Shown one piece after another: positions 1 to 9,848 of a stretch of 64,000 nt of DNA. The stretch is from Candidatus Micrarchaeota archaeon. Its GTDB lineage: Archaea; Micrarchaeota; Micrarchaeia; Anstonellales; Bilamarchaeaceae. How positions within the stretch are numbered: the stretch's first letter is position 1; every line of letters begins with the position of its first letter. Both the position numbers and the translations under genes were made by a program. The notes under the pieces were generated by a model, which was not told the origin of the DNA, made no database searches, and saw nothing but the letters and a program-made list of their open reading frames with translations. The stretch is taken from contig JAKEGJ010000008.1 in NCBI GenBank assembly GCA_022627495.1, forward strand, positions 8,212 to 72,211. The letters run 5' to 3'.

Positions 1-134
1 GGGCATGGGGGCGGAACTCGCAGTGTGGGATGCGAATCCCATTGTGAAGACTGCCGGGGCGATTGATTAATACCCTTCAGATGCGGGGCAGACCGGATGG
101 GGGATTTCGGAAAGGCGGAATTGGGGTTCAGGTG

Positions 135-389
135 ATGACGGTGAAACTCAGTGAACTTGTTAAATCAAAGGAATTCCTGGATGCTAAGGCTAAGGTGCAG
201 GGCTGGAAGGTCCGGCTGGAGAAGGCCGGTTCGAACGAGGCCCTGCGCGTTCGGGACGAGAAATCCGCGTTCTTTGGCGGCCTGAAGGCGGCGAGGCCCG
301 ACCTGTACGCCGCGTTCCAGATGGAAGACAAGACGCTCAGCGAGGCAATTTTCAAGAAGCTGACCGGGAAGGACGTCATAATTGACTGA
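135..389 (+). CDS. hypothetical small protein (ORF 63..389; probable start MTVKLSEL at 135)
   Basis: Open frame with lysine-rich, coding-like composition. No recognisable motif. Confidence 0.4.
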   Translation: MTVKLSELVKSKEFLDAKAKVQGWKVRLEKAGSNEALRVRDEKSAFFGGLKAARPDLYAAFQMEDKTLSEAIFKKLTGKDVIID

Positions 390-406
390 CGGGTGCGGGG
401 AACGAC

Positions 407-1225
407 ATGGCAGATACGACATACCGGGACATTGATGGCCAGAACGAGGGCGTAGCGGCAGAAAGCGCGAAGCGCTTTCCGTCAGAATGCGCGCTAATGG
501 AAGAAGCGGTAGCCGCGTCCTTATCCCTCTTCGGCACCATTTCGCGAAATGCGGCGGGGCTTGATGCCCGCCGGCAGGACCTCCTGGCATTCTTCTACCG
601 GAACAGCATCTACCTCTCGGCATCCTACCATCTCATCCGCCGCGGGCTCCTGGACCCGGCCGGAAACAACATGCGCACGGTCTTCGAGACCATCCTCTGG
701 CAGTACGCATACCTGACCGACGACGGCATATACGCGAATTACCGCGAGATGGCCAGGATGGACGGGGACAAGCTGAAGCTTCTTAAGGACGGCAAATGGT
801 CGAACACGAAAGAGCGCGCCCTTGAGAACCTGCGCCGCAAGTACAGCTTCCAGAAGATGATGAAGGAGCTGTACTCCAAGGAAAGCTACGAGAAGCTCTT
901 TTACAGCCAGTACTGGGCGTTCTGCCAGAAATCCCACTCCAGCACTTTCGGCATCAACCACAACACGCCGAATATGGAAGGCGGCATGACGTTCGGGCGG
1001 GAAGGGGATGCGGAGGAGGTGCGCGGGAACCTCAGGGCCGCCCTTTACCTCTGCGCCGAGAACCTCATCTGTTTCCTGAACTGCTTTGCCGGCATTCTCG
1101 GGCAGGAGACCATCGACGAAACGCTGGCGGTTGCCAACCGCATAAACAGGCTGATTCCGCCATCGCCGGGCTTAGCCCCGGACACAAAGAAGCTCCCGTT
1201 CGTCCTGAGGTTCAGGGAGGTGTGA
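407..1225 (+). CDS. hypothetical protein, 272 aa
   Basis: Long ORF 18 nt after the previous stop. There is only a weak by-eye resemblance to helical Abi/DUF5677-like proteins (..NNMRTVFETILWQYAYL.. / ..YWAFCQKSHSS..), so no family is called. Confidence 0.5.
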   Translation: MADTTYRDIDGQNEGVAAESAKRFPSECALMEEAVAASLSLFGTISRNAAGLDARRQDLLAFFYRNSIYLSASYHLIRRGLLDPAGNNMRTVFETILWQYAYLTDDGIYANYREMARMDGDKLKLLKDGKWSNTKERALENLRRKYSFQKMMKELYSKESYEKLFYSQYWAFCQKSHSSTFGINHNTPNMEGGMTFGREGDAEEVRGNLRAALYLCAENLICFLNCFAGILGQETIDETLAVANRINRLIPPSPGLAPDTKKLPFVLRFREV

Positions 1226-1229
1226 CTGC

Positions 1230-2234
1230 ATGGACCGCAAGACAATCCTCATACTCATAAACGCCTTCATCTCCCTGGCCATCATGGCGGCCCTGCTCCA
1301 AATCGTCGGCGTCTCGGAAGTCCTCGGAAGGATGGCCGGAATGGACCTGTTCTTGCTTATCCTGAGCCTCCTTTCTTTGCTCGGGATGGACCTGGTTATG
1401 GCCTACCGAATCAGTATCCTGCTTGACGGGATGAAGGCCGGGACCGGGTTCATGCGCATCCTCCGCTCGCATTTCGTCGGGATGCTCCTGGCCGATTTCA
1501 CCCCGTCCCGCGCGGGATATTTCGCGACGGCGGCAACGCTCAGGTACAATTACGGCGTGCCTTCCGAAAAGGCCCTGCTCTCCATCTTCGGCCCCCAGAT
1601 ATTTGACTTCGCATTCAAGGTCGTGGCAGGGGGCCTGGCAATCCTCTACCTGATGATTGTATTCCTGGGGCCTGGCCAGGGGCTCGTGCTGATGGCCGGC
1701 GCGGTGGTCATCGGCGCATTCATAATCGTCATGCTCCTGGTGCTTTTCTCGAAGCGCTTTCTCGGCATTTTCTCGTTCGTGCGCAATCTGCCGCTCCTCT
1801 CAAGGCTCTATGACGTGCTCGTGCGGATGCAGGGCAGCTCGCACGTGGTGGTCCGGAAGACGCCGCACATCCTCGCCCTCATAATGGTGAGCTGGGTGTT
1901 CCGCTCGCTCTCCTGGTATTTCGCCGCGAAAAGCGTCGGCATCAGCCTCGGCACGGAATTCCCGGAAGTGCTCTTCTACTTCTTCCTCCAGCCGCTTGTG
2001 ACAATGCTGGAATTCGTCCCATCCCCCACCATAGCCGGCCTGGGCCTCAGCGAGAGCGGCACGACGCTCGTCTTCTCGCTATTCGGCATCCCGCTCGCGC
2101 AGGCGGCGACTTTTGCGCTCATAGTGCGGTTCAAGAGCACCCTCCTGCACCTTCCGGGTGTGCCGGATGCCCTCCGGCTGCCCCAGGGCATCGGCAATGG
2201 GGGCAGTTCTTCTGCAGGCACGGAAGCCGCCTGA
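1230..2234 (+). CDS. polytopic membrane protein, flippase-like / UPF0104 (LPG-synthase TM-region-like)
   Basis: 334 aa with about 8 hydrophobic segments. The family assignment is tentative, based on overall pattern. Confidence 0.5.
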   Translation: MDRKTILILINAFISLAIMAALLQIVGVSEVLGRMAGMDLFLLILSLLSLLGMDLVMAYRISILLDGMKAGTGFMRILRSHFVGMLLADFTPSRAGYFATAATLRYNYGVPSEKALLSIFGPQIFDFAFKVVAGGLAILYLMIVFLGPGQGLVLMAGAVVIGAFIIVMLLVLFSKRFLGIFSFVRNLPLLSRLYDVLVRMQGSSHVVVRKTPHILALIMVSWVFRSLSWYFAAKSVGISLGTEFPEVLFYFFLQPLVTMLEFVPSPTIAGLGLSESGTTLVFSLFGIPLAQAATFALIVRFKSTLLHLPGVPDALRLPQGIGNGGSSSAGTEAA

Positions 2235-2243
2235 GGCCGTCCC

Positions 2244-2864
2244 TCAGAGCCTGATAAGGAATGTAGTCCGGTACAGCCGCTTCCCCTGGTCCCGGCCGAC
2301 GAGCTTCTTCGTTATGAATGTCTTCAGGCCGAGGGTGGTTACGACTTCCACGACCGCCTTGGAATTGCCGACGTATATGTCCAGCCCTCCGTCCTTCTCC
2401 TCGCTTTTCGATATGAACGTCCGGTTTTCCAGCCTTTTAATCAGCATCGTGCCCTTCCCGAGCACGCGGAGGGGGTCCCCGCGCAGCTGGATGATGGCCT
2501 GGTAATAGCCGCCGCTCATCCTTGAGCACTGCTGGCAGATTGTTTTCTTCAAATCCAGCGGGATGATGCGCTCGACCTTCGCCCCGCTCCCGCTCATCAC
2601 GAACACGGCCGCCTGCCTTTCCATGTCGTAGCCGGCCGAATCGTAATCCCCCTTGCATTTCGAGATGATGTACTTCGCAATCTTCTTGTCCGAAAATTGC
2701 ATCCACTCCCCCTGCAGGCGGACGCGCGCGCACCGGGTGCACTGCTCCAGCTCCATCCTATCCGGGAGCTTGAGCCTGACCGGGTAGTCGTCCTTGCAGA
2801 AGGCGTCGATGAATTCGACTTCCTCTTCCGTCCTTCCGCATTTAGGGCACACGAGGGCTGACAT
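2244..2864 (-). CDS. NMD3-family protein (archaeal 60S-export NMD3 homologue)
   Basis: N-terminal CxxC..CxxC clusters (CPKCG...CTRCAR...CQQCSR) and a length of about 200 aa, as in archaeal NMD3-like proteins. Confidence 0.65.
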   Translation of the reverse strand: MSALVCPKCGRTEEEVEFIDAFCKDDYPVRLKLPDRMELEQCTRCARVRLQGEWMQFSDKKIAKYIISKCKGDYDSAGYDMERQAAVFVMSGSGAKVERIIPLDLKKTICQQCSRMSGGYYQAIIQLRGDPLRVLGKGTMLIKRLENRTFISKSEEKDGGLDIYVGNSKAVVEVVTTLGLKTFITKKLVGRDQGKRLYRTTFLIRL

Positions 2865-2907
2865 ATCGTTTTAAACCATTGAGAATGATATTAAAAACCG
2901 ATACCCG

Positions 2908-4668
2908 ATGAGCAAGAACATCAACCAGGCAGTGAACCTCACGTCCTACTTCATCAGCCTCCCCCCGGCGCGCTACATCGTGCTCTCCATCCTGCTCCTT
3001 GGCGTATCATTCGGCCTACTGATAAACCTGGGGTCGGGCAAGAGCATCGAGGGCGCGGTCGCAGACGGCCTCATGCTGCTCACATTGCCCGCGCTCCTCT
3101 CTTCCGCCGTGATAAAGCTCATGAGCCGGAAGATGCCCTACCGCAGGATAGCCGCCACCGCTTTGGGGGGCGAGGCCGTCTATGCGGTCGCGTACGGGGT
3201 GAGCCTTCTCCTTTCCGGCTCCAACCCGTTCCTGGCCCAGCTAGTGCTTTTCCTGGGCGCGGCCATCGTCGTCGTGTTCTGGTACGTGATAGCCCGTTTC
3301 GTGTTCATGCACAAGTACCGCTCCCTGCTTTTCGCTATTATCCAGCTCCTGCTCTACCTTGTCTCGCTCGTGAGCAACCAGGCGCTCTACGTAACGGACG
3401 AGCCGTTTTTGGGGACGGCCGCCAAGTTCTTCATCTCCTCCGCGGTTCTCCTGGCCGCGCTCGTCCTGTTCTTCTACATAATCAACGCGCCGATGAAGAA
3501 GAATCTGGGCCTAAGCAGCACGGATGCGATGTCCTACCTCTTCAGCCAGTGGCTCTACCGAAACAAGGATGTCGAAAAAGTCTTCGCGCAGGTGGGCGAG
3601 GACGTCCGAACGGTGCTGTGCGTCTCGGGCTTCAGGCGCAAGGGCGGGGACATATACTTCGTAACGCCATGCGTCCATTACGGCCCGTTCGGCAACCTCG
3701 GCGGGAGCGAGTTCTCCCACCTCATTGCGGAGGAGATAGACCGCCGCCACAACGCGAAGACCTTCGTCTTCCACGGCACGGTCACCCACGACCTCAATCC
3801 CGTCGCTACGAGCGAGATGTCAAAGATAATCGATGCGTTCGAGGCGTCCCTGGCCGATTCGGCCTATAAGGATGCGAAGGTTTCGATTTCAGTGGGCAGG
3901 GAGGGCGAATGCCGCGCCGAGGCCCTGCGCATCAACGATTCCGCCATTATAGGCCTCAGCCGCGCCCCCCTCGTCACGGAGGACATCAACTTCGGCCTTG
4001 GCCTTGCATTGCTTTTCGAGGCCGAGAAGCACGCGGCGAAAGCGATGGTGATAGACCAGCACAATGCGGAGACCGGGGACATAACCAGTTTCGAGCCCGG
4101 AAGCCCCGTGGGTTACCGCTACCTGGGAGCCATACGCGCCGCGCTTGCGCAGGCGCCTGCAGGCAGGCCGCTGCGCATCGGGGCGGCGTTCCGCCAGATC
4201 GAATCGGACGTTGTCGGCAAGGCCGGGATAAAGGTCGCAGTGCTCTCATCGTCACCAGAATACGTGCTCATCCTGATAGATTCCAACGGCGTCACCCCCG
4301 CCTTCCGCGACCGCATCGAGGCCGATGTCAAGGCGCTCGGGGCGGCTTCTGGCCGCGAATTCATAGTCGGCGTGTTCACGACGGACACCCACCAGACCAA
4401 CATGGTGCGCGGCGTTCTAAACCCCCTCAAGGAGGAGGAGAACGCCCTGAGCATTATCCGCGGCGCCTGCACGGAAGCGGCGTCGGACATGCAGACGGCG
4501 AAGTATTTCTCCGACACGCGGTGGTTCGACATCCGCGTCCTGGGGGCCAAGCAGTCGATTGAAGTTATTTCCACCGTGAATTCGATTGTGGCGGTGGCGA
4601 AGATCACCCTGCCGCTCGTTTTCCTGGGGGGCCTACTCCTGCTCCTGGCAATAGCATCCAAGTTCTGA
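2908..4668 (+). CDS. DUF2070-like archaeal membrane protein
   Basis: 586 aa. N-terminal multi-TM region, a large soluble domain, then a C-terminal TM. This architecture is typical of DUF2070. Confidence 0.5.
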   Translation: MSKNINQAVNLTSYFISLPPARYIVLSILLLGVSFGLLINLGSGKSIEGAVADGLMLLTLPALLSSAVIKLMSRKMPYRRIAATALGGEAVYAVAYGVSLLLSGSNPFLAQLVLFLGAAIVVVFWYVIARFVFMHKYRSLLFAIIQLLLYLVSLVSNQALYVTDEPFLGTAAKFFISSAVLLAALVLFFYIINAPMKKNLGLSSTDAMSYLFSQWLYRNKDVEKVFAQVGEDVRTVLCVSGFRRKGGDIYFVTPCVHYGPFGNLGGSEFSHLIAEEIDRRHNAKTFVFHGTVTHDLNPVATSEMSKIIDAFEASLADSAYKDAKVSISVGREGECRAEALRINDSAIIGLSRAPLVTEDINFGLGLALLFEAEKHAAKAMVIDQHNAETGDITSFEPGSPVGYRYLGAIRAALAQAPAGRPLRIGAAFRQIESDVVGKAGIKVAVLSSSPEYVLILIDSNGVTPAFRDRIEADVKALGAASGREFIVGVFTTDTHQTNMVRGVLNPLKEEENALSIIRGACTEAASDMQTAKYFSDTRWFDIRVLGAKQSIEVISTVNSIVAVAKITLPLVFLGGLLLLLAIASKF

Positions 4669-4809
4669 ATGCGCAATGCGGATGTGCCCCCGGCCGTGCC
4701 GTGCGATTCATTTATAATCATTTATCACCAGTAACCACTCAATTCCCTTTTGCACAGGCTGATTATTGTCCCAGCGCAACCCGCGGCAGAGGGAGTGTCA
4801 GGTGAAAAC

Positions 4810-5013
4810 ATGAATGTCAAGGTTCCAGGAACAAGGGATTTTCCCGCGCTTTTCGCAGAAATCAACCGGCTGCGGAGGAAAGAAGGGCTCGAGCCTGTCG
4901 GCGCCCTGGGATTCGCGCAGAAACTTGTGAGCCACTTCCACGAGTCGAAAAACGCGCGCGTAGCGGAGGCGCTTCGGAATATCGGCTTATCGGGCGCCTG
5001 CCCGGCCGAATGA
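4810..5013 (+). CDS. hypothetical small protein
   Basis: ATG at 4810 preceded by AGGTGA (SD-like, complementary to the 16S 3' end ..GATCACCTCC). 67 aa. Confidence 0.35.
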   Translation: MNVKVPGTRDFPALFAEINRLRRKEGLEPVGALGFAQKLVSHFHESKNARVAEALRNIGLSGACPAE

Positions 5014-5019
5014 GCCCGC

Positions 5020-5511
5020 CTAATACGTCCTTTTCCCCTTCCGGCCCTTCCAGCAATCCAGGAGCGCCAGGCACTCTTTCCTCATGAAGCCGCCTGTCAC
5101 TGCGACTTCCGAATTGCCTTCCCCCTTCATTCTCCTGCTGCTTATCGTCAATTCGTTGAATCCCAGCCGCCTGACGTCGGCTATCCGGGTGCCGAACACT
5201 ATGGATTTTGCGCCGGCCCAGTGAATCGCTGAAAAGCACATCGGGCAAGGTTCGGTCGTCGAATATACCGTGCACCCGTCAAGCTTGTATGACCCGAGCT
5301 TCCTGCACGCAAGGCGGATTGCGTTCATCTCGGCATGGTTCGTGGCGTCCTTTTTTTCAAGCACCGTGTTGTGCGCCAGCGCAACCGCTTTCCCGGCCCG
5401 CTCGATGCATGAGCCGAACGGGGAATCGCCCCTCCGCACGCCTTCCATAGCCTTGGCTATCGCCATCTCCATGAACTCCCTTCCGCGCGCTGTGGGTTCC
5501 CTTCCATTCAT
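5020..5511 (-). CDS. CMP/dCMP-type zinc deaminase (tRNA-specific adenosine deaminase / guanine deaminase-like)
   Basis: HAEMNAI and PCPMC zinc-binding motifs. There is a 4-nt ATGA overlap with the upstream DUF63 gene. Confidence 0.8.
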   Translation of the reverse strand: MNGREPTARGREFMEMAIAKAMEGVRRGDSPFGSCIERAGKAVALAHNTVLEKKDATNHAEMNAIRLACRKLGSYKLDGCTVYSTTEPCPMCFSAIHWAGAKSIVFGTRIADVRRLGFNELTISSRRMKGEGNSEVAVTGGFMRKECLALLDCWKGRKGKRTY

Positions 5512-6341
5512 GCCGCGACCACCATCCTCAGAATGTCCCTTATCCCGGGCGCAAAGCCCATTATCATCAGGACCAGCGCCACGAAATTGCGGTCCCCTCC
5601 ATCCATCTTCTCAGTCCGCAGCACGTGGGCGGCTGCGAACGCTATCCCCACCTTGAGGATGTAGAATGCGAAGAACGTCCCGAAGAACGCGCCGATGAAC
5701 CCCCCCACGACATGCTGCTCGAAATACGCGACTCCGGACACCTTCGAAAAGATGTCTATCACGAAGAACGTGGCCGCGCCGTCGAGCGCCTGCCCCGCGA
5801 CGACCAGGGCGAGCGCGTGGTCCTTGAAATGAACCCATGCGGCGTATGCCGGGACGGCCCCCAGGGCCAAAACGGGCAGGGCGTATGCCGCGTACGACAT
5901 GAACGGCACAAGGAGGAGGAAGTGCGGGAGCCACAGCGCGAGCCCCGCGTACTGGAGCCATCCGACGCGCTTCAACCGGTAGAGCACTGCAAGCGACGCG
6001 AGCATCAATGCAGCCGTCAGTATGTAGATGCCTGGCGAGACCGTGAGATAGCCGTAATCCCAGAGGTGGCTGTCGAGAACGAACTGGTGGGCGGGCGATA
6101 CCGGCTGGAACACGCGGTTGTCTATCGCGTCGGTGACGACGCGCATCGTGGATCCGAAAAGGACGAAGCAGAGGGTTCCGCGGATGAACTCCCCATCTAT
6201 TTTCACGCGGTTCCTGAGGATGATGCTCAGGGCGTACACTGCGGCCAGCGCAATCAGGGCGTATGCCGCGGTGTTCACCAGATTATACCCCGTGCGGTCC
6301 CATATCGGGCGGACAAAGTAATCGTATATAAAGTTATCCAT
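5508..6341 (-). CDS. DUF63-family integral membrane protein
   Basis: 277 aa, about 7 TM segments. The N-terminus MDNFIYDYFVRPI.. resembles archaeal DUF63. Confidence 0.55.
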   Translation of the reverse strand: MDNFIYDYFVRPIWDRTGYNLVNTAAYALIALAAVYALSIILRNRVKIDGEFIRGTLCFVLFGSTMRVVTDAIDNRVFQPVSPAHQFVLDSHLWDYGYLTVSPGIYILTAALMLASLAVLYRLKRVGWLQYAGLALWLPHFLLLVPFMSYAAYALPVLALGAVPAYAAWVHFKDHALALVVAGQALDGAATFFVIDIFSKVSGVAYFEQHVVGGFIGAFFGTFFAFYILKVGIAFAAAHVLRTEKMDGGDRNFVALVLMIMGFAPGIRDILRMVVAA

Positions 6342-6353
6342 CGAACCAACTGC

Positions 6354-6653
6354 ATGCAGAGTTCGCGGAAAAGCATTATAAATTCCAGCGTGCGTTCGTC
6401 GATAGCGAAGCTGCTGGCCAAGGCGCGCGAAGCCTATTCCGCGAAAAACGCCGAACGCTCGAAAAGGTACGTGAAAATGGCCTTCGAGCTTCTAAAGAAG
6501 AACAAGACGAAACTTCCCAAGGAGCTGCGCAACAGCTTCTGCAGGAAGTGTTGCCTGATATGGATACCAGGCCAGACCGCAACCGTGTCCTTCGACAGGA
6601 AGAACGACTGCCTCAGGATAACGTGCGGATGCGGCCACTCGAAACGGCTTTAG
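6354..6653 (+). CDS. rnp4: RNase P protein component 4 (Rpp21/Rpr2)
   Basis: 99 aa. Basic helical N-terminus plus the zinc ribbon CRKC...CGCGH. This is only the in-frame tail of the long spurious ORF 5625..6653. Confidence 0.75.
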   Translation: MQSSRKSIINSSVRSSIAKLLAKAREAYSAKNAERSKRYVKMAFELLKKNKTKLPKELRNSFCRKCCLIWIPGQTATVSFDRKNDCLRITCGCGHSKRL

Positions 6654-6723
6654 CGGCCCCGCGGGCAACCCCTATTGCCGGAATTGGTAAAATTTTTAAT
6701 AACGGGCTTATCAAGGTTTTGCC

Positions 6724-7710
6724 ATGGAACTCTATTCCCACATCAACAGCCATCTTTCGAAGGTGGAGGCGCTCATGGAAGAGTCCCTGGGGCCTGAGGA
6801 CGAGCGCATCTACGGCATGCTCCTGCCGTTCATCCGGCGCGGGGGCAAGCGCATCCGCCCCGCCCTCACCATCCTTTCCTGCGGCGCAGCCGGGGGCGAC
6901 TACCTGTCGGCGGCAGCTCCGGCGTCCATAATCGAGATGTTCCACAACTTCACGCTAATCCACGACGATATAGAGGACGACTCCCGCTTCAGGAGGGGGG
7001 AGCCTGCACTGCACGTCAGCCACGGCATAGCCATCGCCCTGAATTCCGGCGACGCCCTGTACACGCTCCTCTGGAAGAAGCTCCTCTCCTTCGACATGCC
7101 GCCCCGGCGCCTCATCCGGCTCCAGGCGCTTTACGCCGACTCGTTCAAGCGCGTCGTCGACGGCCAGGGGCTCGAGCTTTCATGGATACGCGGCGGGCGC
7201 TTCGACGTCAGCGAGGACGAATACCTACTGATGATCGGGGGCAAGACATCCGCGCTCATGGGCCTCTCGTGCGAGACCGGTGCCATGATGGCCGGCTCAT
7301 CCGCCCGCGTATCGCGCTCGCTCCGCTCATACGGGGAGAAGCTGGGCGCGGCATTCCAGATACAGGACGACGTGCTCAACATCACCGGCGACTTCGAGAA
7401 ATACAAGAAGGAAATCGGCGGGGACATCTCGGAAGGCAAGCGGACTCTCATGGTGGTGCATTTCCTGTCCGTCGCCCCGAAGGCCGATCGCGAGAAGCTC
7501 GTCTCAATCCTCTCGGCGCATTCGCGCGAGCAGGCGGATCTGGACTGGGCAATCAGCGCCCTGACGCGGGCCGGCTCCGTGGACTACGCCCGGGCGCGCG
7601 CCAAAAAGCTCGTGGAGGAAGCGAACCGGGAGCTCGCGCGCCTTCCGGATTCGCAGGACAAGCGCTCCCTCTTGGAAATCGCATCCTACGTGATTAGCCG
7701 CGAAAGATGA
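6724..7710 (+). CDS. idsA: polyprenyl (geranylgeranyl) diphosphate synthase
   Basis: First Asp-rich motif LIHDDIEDD and second motif FQIQDDVLN. Confidence 0.85.
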   Translation: MELYSHINSHLSKVEALMEESLGPEDERIYGMLLPFIRRGGKRIRPALTILSCGAAGGDYLSAAAPASIIEMFHNFTLIHDDIEDDSRFRRGEPALHVSHGIAIALNSGDALYTLLWKKLLSFDMPPRRLIRLQALYADSFKRVVDGQGLELSWIRGGRFDVSEDEYLLMIGGKTSALMGLSCETGAMMAGSSARVSRSLRSYGEKLGAAFQIQDDVLNITGDFEKYKKEIGGDISEGKRTLMVVHFLSVAPKADREKLVSILSAHSREQADLDWAISALTRAGSVDYARARAKKLVEEANRELARLPDSQDKRSLLEIASYVISRER

Positions 7711-9848
7711 AAAAGTATATAAATAAGGTATACCAATTATCTCCGATGACCTCCCATAAAGTCGTAGCGGCCCTATTGTTATTAATCGGCATATTCTCGG
7801 CTTTCAACCTGTCCGATTACATCTATCCGGAAGAGAAAAATGCCACGATATCCTTCACGAATTACACCGAAGGCGGTTTCGCCTACTCGATAGTCCGGAT
7901 TAACGGTGCCGATACGTTCCTGCTGAAAGGCGGCGAGCCGCTCACCGACCAGTCCGAAATCGAGTCCGCGATGTACTCGTATTACGTGAGGACCTACTAC
8001 CCCACTCCGGCGGAAATAGCCGAGCTCGAGGCTTTCATCAAGCAGTTCAACGACAGCAGGAACAACGGCTACGACTTCAAGAACAAGGAGGAATACGTCT
8101 GCCGCGACGACATTCTGCTTTCCAACGGCAAGATAACCATCTCGGGCGTCCCGGTCCGCTGCACGGACAACCAGTCCTGCCTGAAGAACGCGATGCTCCT
8201 GTTTTCGGTTTACGGCCAGGGCCTGGGCCTCGGCTCTCCCACGGTGATTATCGGGCCCCTTACCGAATTCACCCCCGCAAGCCTCAAGATGGACGGGCTT
8301 CTGGCGAATTACACGTACATGCTTTCAACGATGAACGACAGCAACGTGGTTGAAAACATCAACTACATCAAGGACACCTCCGGAGAGCTCAAGAACCTCT
8401 CGCTAACGGTGGAATCGACAATATTCCGCACCCCGCGGCTGAACGATTCTGTGGACCGGGCGGCCTGCCAGCTCAAGTGCTGGGCCATATGCCCCTCCTT
8501 CGACCTTGACCAGGCTGCGGCGGACGCAATCAAGACCAAATCCGCAGCGCTCGCTGCCAAGCTCGCCCCGCTAAGCGACTTCCAAGGCGCGTCTGATTCC
8601 ATCTACGACCGCACAGTGACGCGCATGGAACACGTCCGGCAGGACAACATGGCCACGTACTACGATGACGTCTTCGCCCCCCTCAACAAGACCGGCGCAA
8701 TGGCGATAGCGGATGCGGAAGAGGCCCTCGGCCGTGTCCAGAACAATAGCTTCGGGGCCAAGCTTGACAGCCTCAAGTCCCTGCACGCGACCATTCCAGA
8801 AGACATCTCCGCCCACCACTTCGACAACCTGGACGCGGACATTGGCGAATACTCAAACCTGACCGAAGAGGTAAGGGCAGGCACGGGAATACTGATGGGC
8901 GGCTACAACGCCACGCTGGAAGCGAAGAACCTCGAAAACTCGCTTCTCATAGTGCTTGAAAGCAAGGACCTCGACCCCGTATCGCTCCGCTCGCTCGAAC
9001 TGCTCAAAAACCAGACGTCGGACCTCGACGCCCAGTTCCGAGACGGGCTCAGCCTGGCTGAACTTGCGGCCCTCGAGTCAAACTACACTTCTCTGACTAA
9101 AATCGAGCAGGACCTCCTGAAAAGCGAGAGCGAGACGCCGGCAACGCGCGTCCTCCTGCTGTTCCGTGGCTTCGCCCGCAAGGTCAATTCCGGGATAGCC
9201 AGCGTGGCGGAGAAGACCGAGGTGGTGCCCCGCTCCGAGATTCCGGAGGGCCCGGCCACGCTCGGACTGTTCTCGCTCCTGGTGTTCCTGTCATTCTCAT
9301 CGATTGCCATGCTGGTCTTCCTCTACATCTTCTCCACGACCAGATTCACGATACCCAAGACCTCGCACATCCTGCTTGCGGCATTCCTGTGCGTTGTTGT
9401 GCTGCTTTTCGTATTCAGCTTCATGATGTACCTCTTCCTGGGAAAGACGTCCACTGATGCGACGCTGCCCGAATTCCTGGCCGATTTTGGCTCCCGCAAT
9501 TCCACATCCATTCTCGTGGACGTGAGGAACGCCTCGTTTTCGGATGCCAATGCCATGCGCATGTGCGCATCCACCCTGGCCTCATCCTTGGCGGAAAGCA
9601 ACAAGAGCTGGTCGCTCTACGTTCTGACGCCCAGCACCTGCACGAAGACAGACAGCAATGGCGGAAACGAGACGCTCGAGTCTTCCGAATGCCTCGGCGA
9701 AACCAGCAGCTCCGAATCATCCTTCCTGCTCGGGTATTCCCCGAAGAACGAGCCGCCGAAGTTCTCGGTGATATACCAGACACGCGCGGAAATCCGCTCC
9801 AATCTCGATTATTACGAATCATGCCCGCTTGTGGCTCTCTTCAGTTGA
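7707..9848 (+). CDS. large sequon-rich surface/membrane protein, hypothetical
   Basis: 713 aa. N-terminal TM/signal, about 19 N-x-S/T sequons, two TM segments near residue 520-580. The ATGA-type start overlaps the idsA stop. Confidence 0.6.
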   Translation: MKKYINKVYQLSPMTSHKVVAALLLLIGIFSAFNLSDYIYPEEKNATISFTNYTEGGFAYSIVRINGADTFLLKGGEPLTDQSEIESAMYSYYVRTYYPTPAEIAELEAFIKQFNDSRNNGYDFKNKEEYVCRDDILLSNGKITISGVPVRCTDNQSCLKNAMLLFSVYGQGLGLGSPTVIIGPLTEFTPASLKMDGLLANYTYMLSTMNDSNVVENINYIKDTSGELKNLSLTVESTIFRTPRLNDSVDRAACQLKCWAICPSFDLDQAAADAIKTKSAALAAKLAPLSDFQGASDSIYDRTVTRMEHVRQDNMATYYDDVFAPLNKTGAMAIADAEEALGRVQNNSFGAKLDSLKSLHATIPEDISAHHFDNLDADIGEYSNLTEEVRAGTGILMGGYNATLEAKNLENSLLIVLESKDLDPVSLRSLELLKNQTSDLDAQFRDGLSLAELAALESNYTSLTKIEQDLLKSESETPATRVLLLFRGFARKVNSGIASVAEKTEVVPRSEIPEGPATLGLFSLLVFLSFSSIAMLVFLYIFSTTRFTIPKTSHILLAAFLCVVVLLFVFSFMMYLFLGKTSTDATLPEFLADFGSRNSTSILVDVRNASFSDANAMRMCASTLASSLAESNKSWSLYVLTPSTCTKTDSNGGNETLESSECLGETSSSESSFLLGYSPKNEPPKFSVIYQTRAEIRSNLDYYESCPLVALFS

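Noticed and set aside
20-50. T-arm-like sequence TGGGATGCGAATCCCA at the window start (possible tRNA 3' half on either strand)
   Set aside because: The loop is 6 nt and non-canonical, and no complementary acceptor strand can be found on either strand within the window.
5625-6353. Upstream 240 codons of the long plus-strand ORF 5625..6653
   Set aside because: It is antisense to the well-supported DUF63 membrane gene and has an Arg/Glu/His-rich, non-protein-like composition. Only the last 99 codons (Rpp21, from the ATG at 6354) look real.
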